A program made the translations under genes and the position numbers. Below, piece by piece: positions 47,496-50,115 of a stretch of DNA of 50,115 bases. Source of the stretch: Asterionella formosa (lineage: Eukaryota); assembly GCA_002256025.1 (NCBI GenBank), contig NKIB01013902.1, forward strand, positions 1-50,115. The letters run 5' to 3'. The notes beneath the pieces were generated by a model. That model had not been told where the DNA came from. It saw only the letters and a program-made list of their open reading frames with translations, and ran no database searches. Positions within the stretch are counted from its first letter, which is position 1; each line of letters opens with the position of its first letter.

Positions 47496-49560
47496 GGTAG
47501 TAAAATTAGCTTTCACCAATAGCACCACTTTGCATATGCATAGATACAGTCTTTCCTCGACTTGGGGGTATGATCTATATTCAGATATAGTAAGGACCTC
47601 ATTTGCTTCTGGAGAGAAGTGGCAGTTACCTCTCTAGCTAGGAGTTGTAACTATCCAAAAAAAGGGCTGCAAAGCTCTTAAAAAAATATACAAGGGATAA
47701 CTGCCACTTCTCTCCAGAAGTTAACTCCTGAAGTTATAGGGTACATGGCTATCTATTTTAGTCTTTGAAAAACCCCACAGATTTTGAGTAATCCTCCTCC
47801 AAAAACTCCACCCAATTCTCCTTCTCAAAAGGTGATTGGAAAGTCCATAATGTTGGATTTCTTGGCAGCGGGAGGCAGGCTCAAGACTTCCTTCAGTATT
47901 CATGATGATTGCTATGCCTGATTCATAACTGTTTCCACTTTTCTTGTTGGTCGTTTCTTGTTTAATTGTTTCGAATCACGCACTATGTATCGCTTCGTTT
48001 CGTTTCGTTTCCGTTTCCTGGTGAGTCTTCTCTTGTATTCTGCATCGTTTGTTCGTTTTTTGTTGTGGACTCCAAAAGGTTTTTTGTTGGGTTGATATTG
48101 TCATCCCCAATTTTCCATGTATATCGGAAATTTATTTACCAGCGCCTTGTGTTTTTTTCCTGATACTGATGCTAGCTACCTCGATAGATCAGGAGTCCGG
48201 AGCCAGCAAACAAATTGTTTGTTTTGGACAACGTCTGGCAACAGCGTTGTTCATCGCCTTTTTCATTTGTGTGTCAAATGGGTAATGTAATGCTTTGAAT
48301 TTCTCACTTTCCATCCTTTTTCCAAAATTTTTGACTAGCTAATCGAACATTTCCTTGTTGTTGTCGATGTTCCAATATTTCGCTTTATCGACATTTTTGT
48401 TTGCCTTCAGAGAGCACCATTCGGGATTACAGTAATCATGACTGTTGAACAAGTGCTTGATTGGCGCCAGTGATGCTGCGCAGTATTCTTCAAATTTTTT
48501 TTCTCGGTTCTTTTTCATGAAGCATCCATAAAAGATTTTCAGTCACATGTAGTCGGATTTGGATAGATTCTGTAAAGACAATTGAGACTCTATGGTGTCA
48601 TGTAAATCTGCCATTTTCATATGATTACCCTCTCAACTTTTGATTGCATTTGCTACAGCTACTGTTGGTTTGTAGAAACTGCTGCAGAGACTCAATGGAA
48701 AGTAGCTACCGCATAAACAATATCCATTCAGAGATATTGGTTGAGGGGGAGGTGCAATTTTTTCTGCTTCATCAAACCAATTCGTTTCATCAACAGTTTC
48801 GTTTCGACTGCGACGTCGTTTGCCGCCATTTATAATCGAGGCAAGGAGACAAGTTCGGTTACCTGATCTTGTCATTATTTATTGTTTTGAAATGCAGTAA
48901 TGATGTTATAAATTTATGAGGATCTTCATTGTTCATTCTTTCCTATGATTGAAATGTTTGAATATTCATTTGCTTAACATGATAGAATTTTTGAAAAATT
49001 TAATGACGACTTCAAATCTAAACTAATAAAATTAATAGATGACAAACATTCATTTGCTACTATGTTTAACCTTTTAGACACTGGTTGGTAACCAGTGTGT
49101 TCTTCTTTGTGATCCTTATTCTTGAGTAGCAAATGAACCCCCTTCAGACAACAATCTGGAAGTTCCATGAATCACAGAATATCTTGACAAGAAATTTGTA
49201 AATTAGGTTTCTTCCTTGACCCGTCGTGATAACATCTTCTTCAAGTCGAAGCTGAACCAAGTCTGACTCCATGTATTGCTCAACTAAATCCTCCATCTTG
49301 TCCCATCGACGCTGACACTCTTGGCATGCGAAGTCTCAACATTCACAGAAGATGCAATTCCCAGCACAGCCTTCAACTTCTGACTCAACAATGACACAAT
49401 CAATACAAGTAGGGCACGGAACATGATTGTATGGAAGAGAAGATTCATTCACTTGGGGAGATGCAACAGAACTCATGGTTGATTGTTGTGTTGTTCGACG
49501 GTATTTTGTTGCTGAGAGGAGAACCAAGAATACATAGAATGGGATAATTATACGCTCCAG
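47496..49560 (-). mobile_element. Degenerate Kolobok-like DNA transposon (one terminus plus transposase remnant)
   Basis: TTAA (47492-47495) followed by GGTAG; perfect 23-bp internal IR at 47606-47628 / 47698-47720. Minus-strand peptides HLFNSHDYCNPEWC and YPFDTQM..AMNNAVARRCPK resemble Kolobok H2C2 and TQ.NE..N..PK motifs; Cys-rich N-terminus. Confidence 0.65.
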
Positions 49561-49786
49561 TTATATATACAAAGCTAGTCTATACATGTGCTCTGGCAGG
49601 GAGTAAAATTATATCTACATTGAGCAATCTAGATATTTCATAAATGTCTTTTCTTTTGTTTGAAATGGAACTCGTCTATCAATGTGCCGCCAATTTCTAT
49701 TAATTTTAAATATTATGACATCTATTTGCACCTCATGGCAATACACAGAAACAATTTCCCTGTTCCACATCAATTTTACAACCTTA

Positions 49787-50115
49787 GGCCGTTGCTAACG
49801 GTGGACCAAAACCCAAACCAAACAGTGTTTTGGTTTCGGTAACCCTAAAAAACCATGCTAACGGGAGTGAAAAACCCAACGCAAACGCATTACGTTTAGG
49901 GGATTCCGTGCCCATATCCCAATAAGTTACCCAAACGCATTACGTTTAGGTTTTTTTTCCCAAAGTTACCTAAACGTAGGATTCCATATTGACTACTTTG
50001 AATGTAGTCACTAGAAACCCAATTATTATCATCGTAGAATCAGTACATATAGGACGCATCATTTACCAGTATATCATACATAGATACAACAATAGCTATA
50101 CGGTACTCTGGTACC
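49787..50115. mobile_element. Non-autonomous PIF/Harbinger-like element, copy 2 (left end; runs off the window)
   Basis: Colinear with 17464-17789, about 8 substitutions in 326 bp by eye; preceded by TTA (49784-49786). Confidence 0.92.

Overview
Eukaryotic nuclear DNA, most likely a diatom. Support: GT-AG introns, bipartite plastid-targeting leaders, a DUF6824 protein, CoDi-type Copia and Ambal-like LINE relics. Eight apparently intact host genes sit as islands in decayed transposable-element DNA: a WRKY19-like Cys/His repeat protein, HVA22/Yop1, organellar ArgRS, a 2OG-Fe(II) oxygenase-TPR protein, a MenE-like CoA ligase with PTS1, a DUF6824 protein, YGGT and a delta-6-type elongase. The TE content comprises two Copia relics, two LINE relics, pogo-like, PIF/Harbinger-like and Kolobok-like DNA transposons, MITE-like hairpins and a tRNA-derived SINE-like head. 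Three observations stand out. (1) A complete TA-flanked pogo-like transposon carries a second, convergent, intact ORF resembling a Cys/His-decorated HIRAN-like domain, and appears inserted in a Copia LTR. (2) A palindromic 7-bp unit (TACCWGG/GGTACCA) clusters upstream of host genes and appears as exact 7- and 14-bp indels between paralogous repeat copies. (3) A young transposase-less Harbinger-like element carries an acidic cargo ORF and is present twice. All family assignments come from motif recognition by eye; no searches were run.
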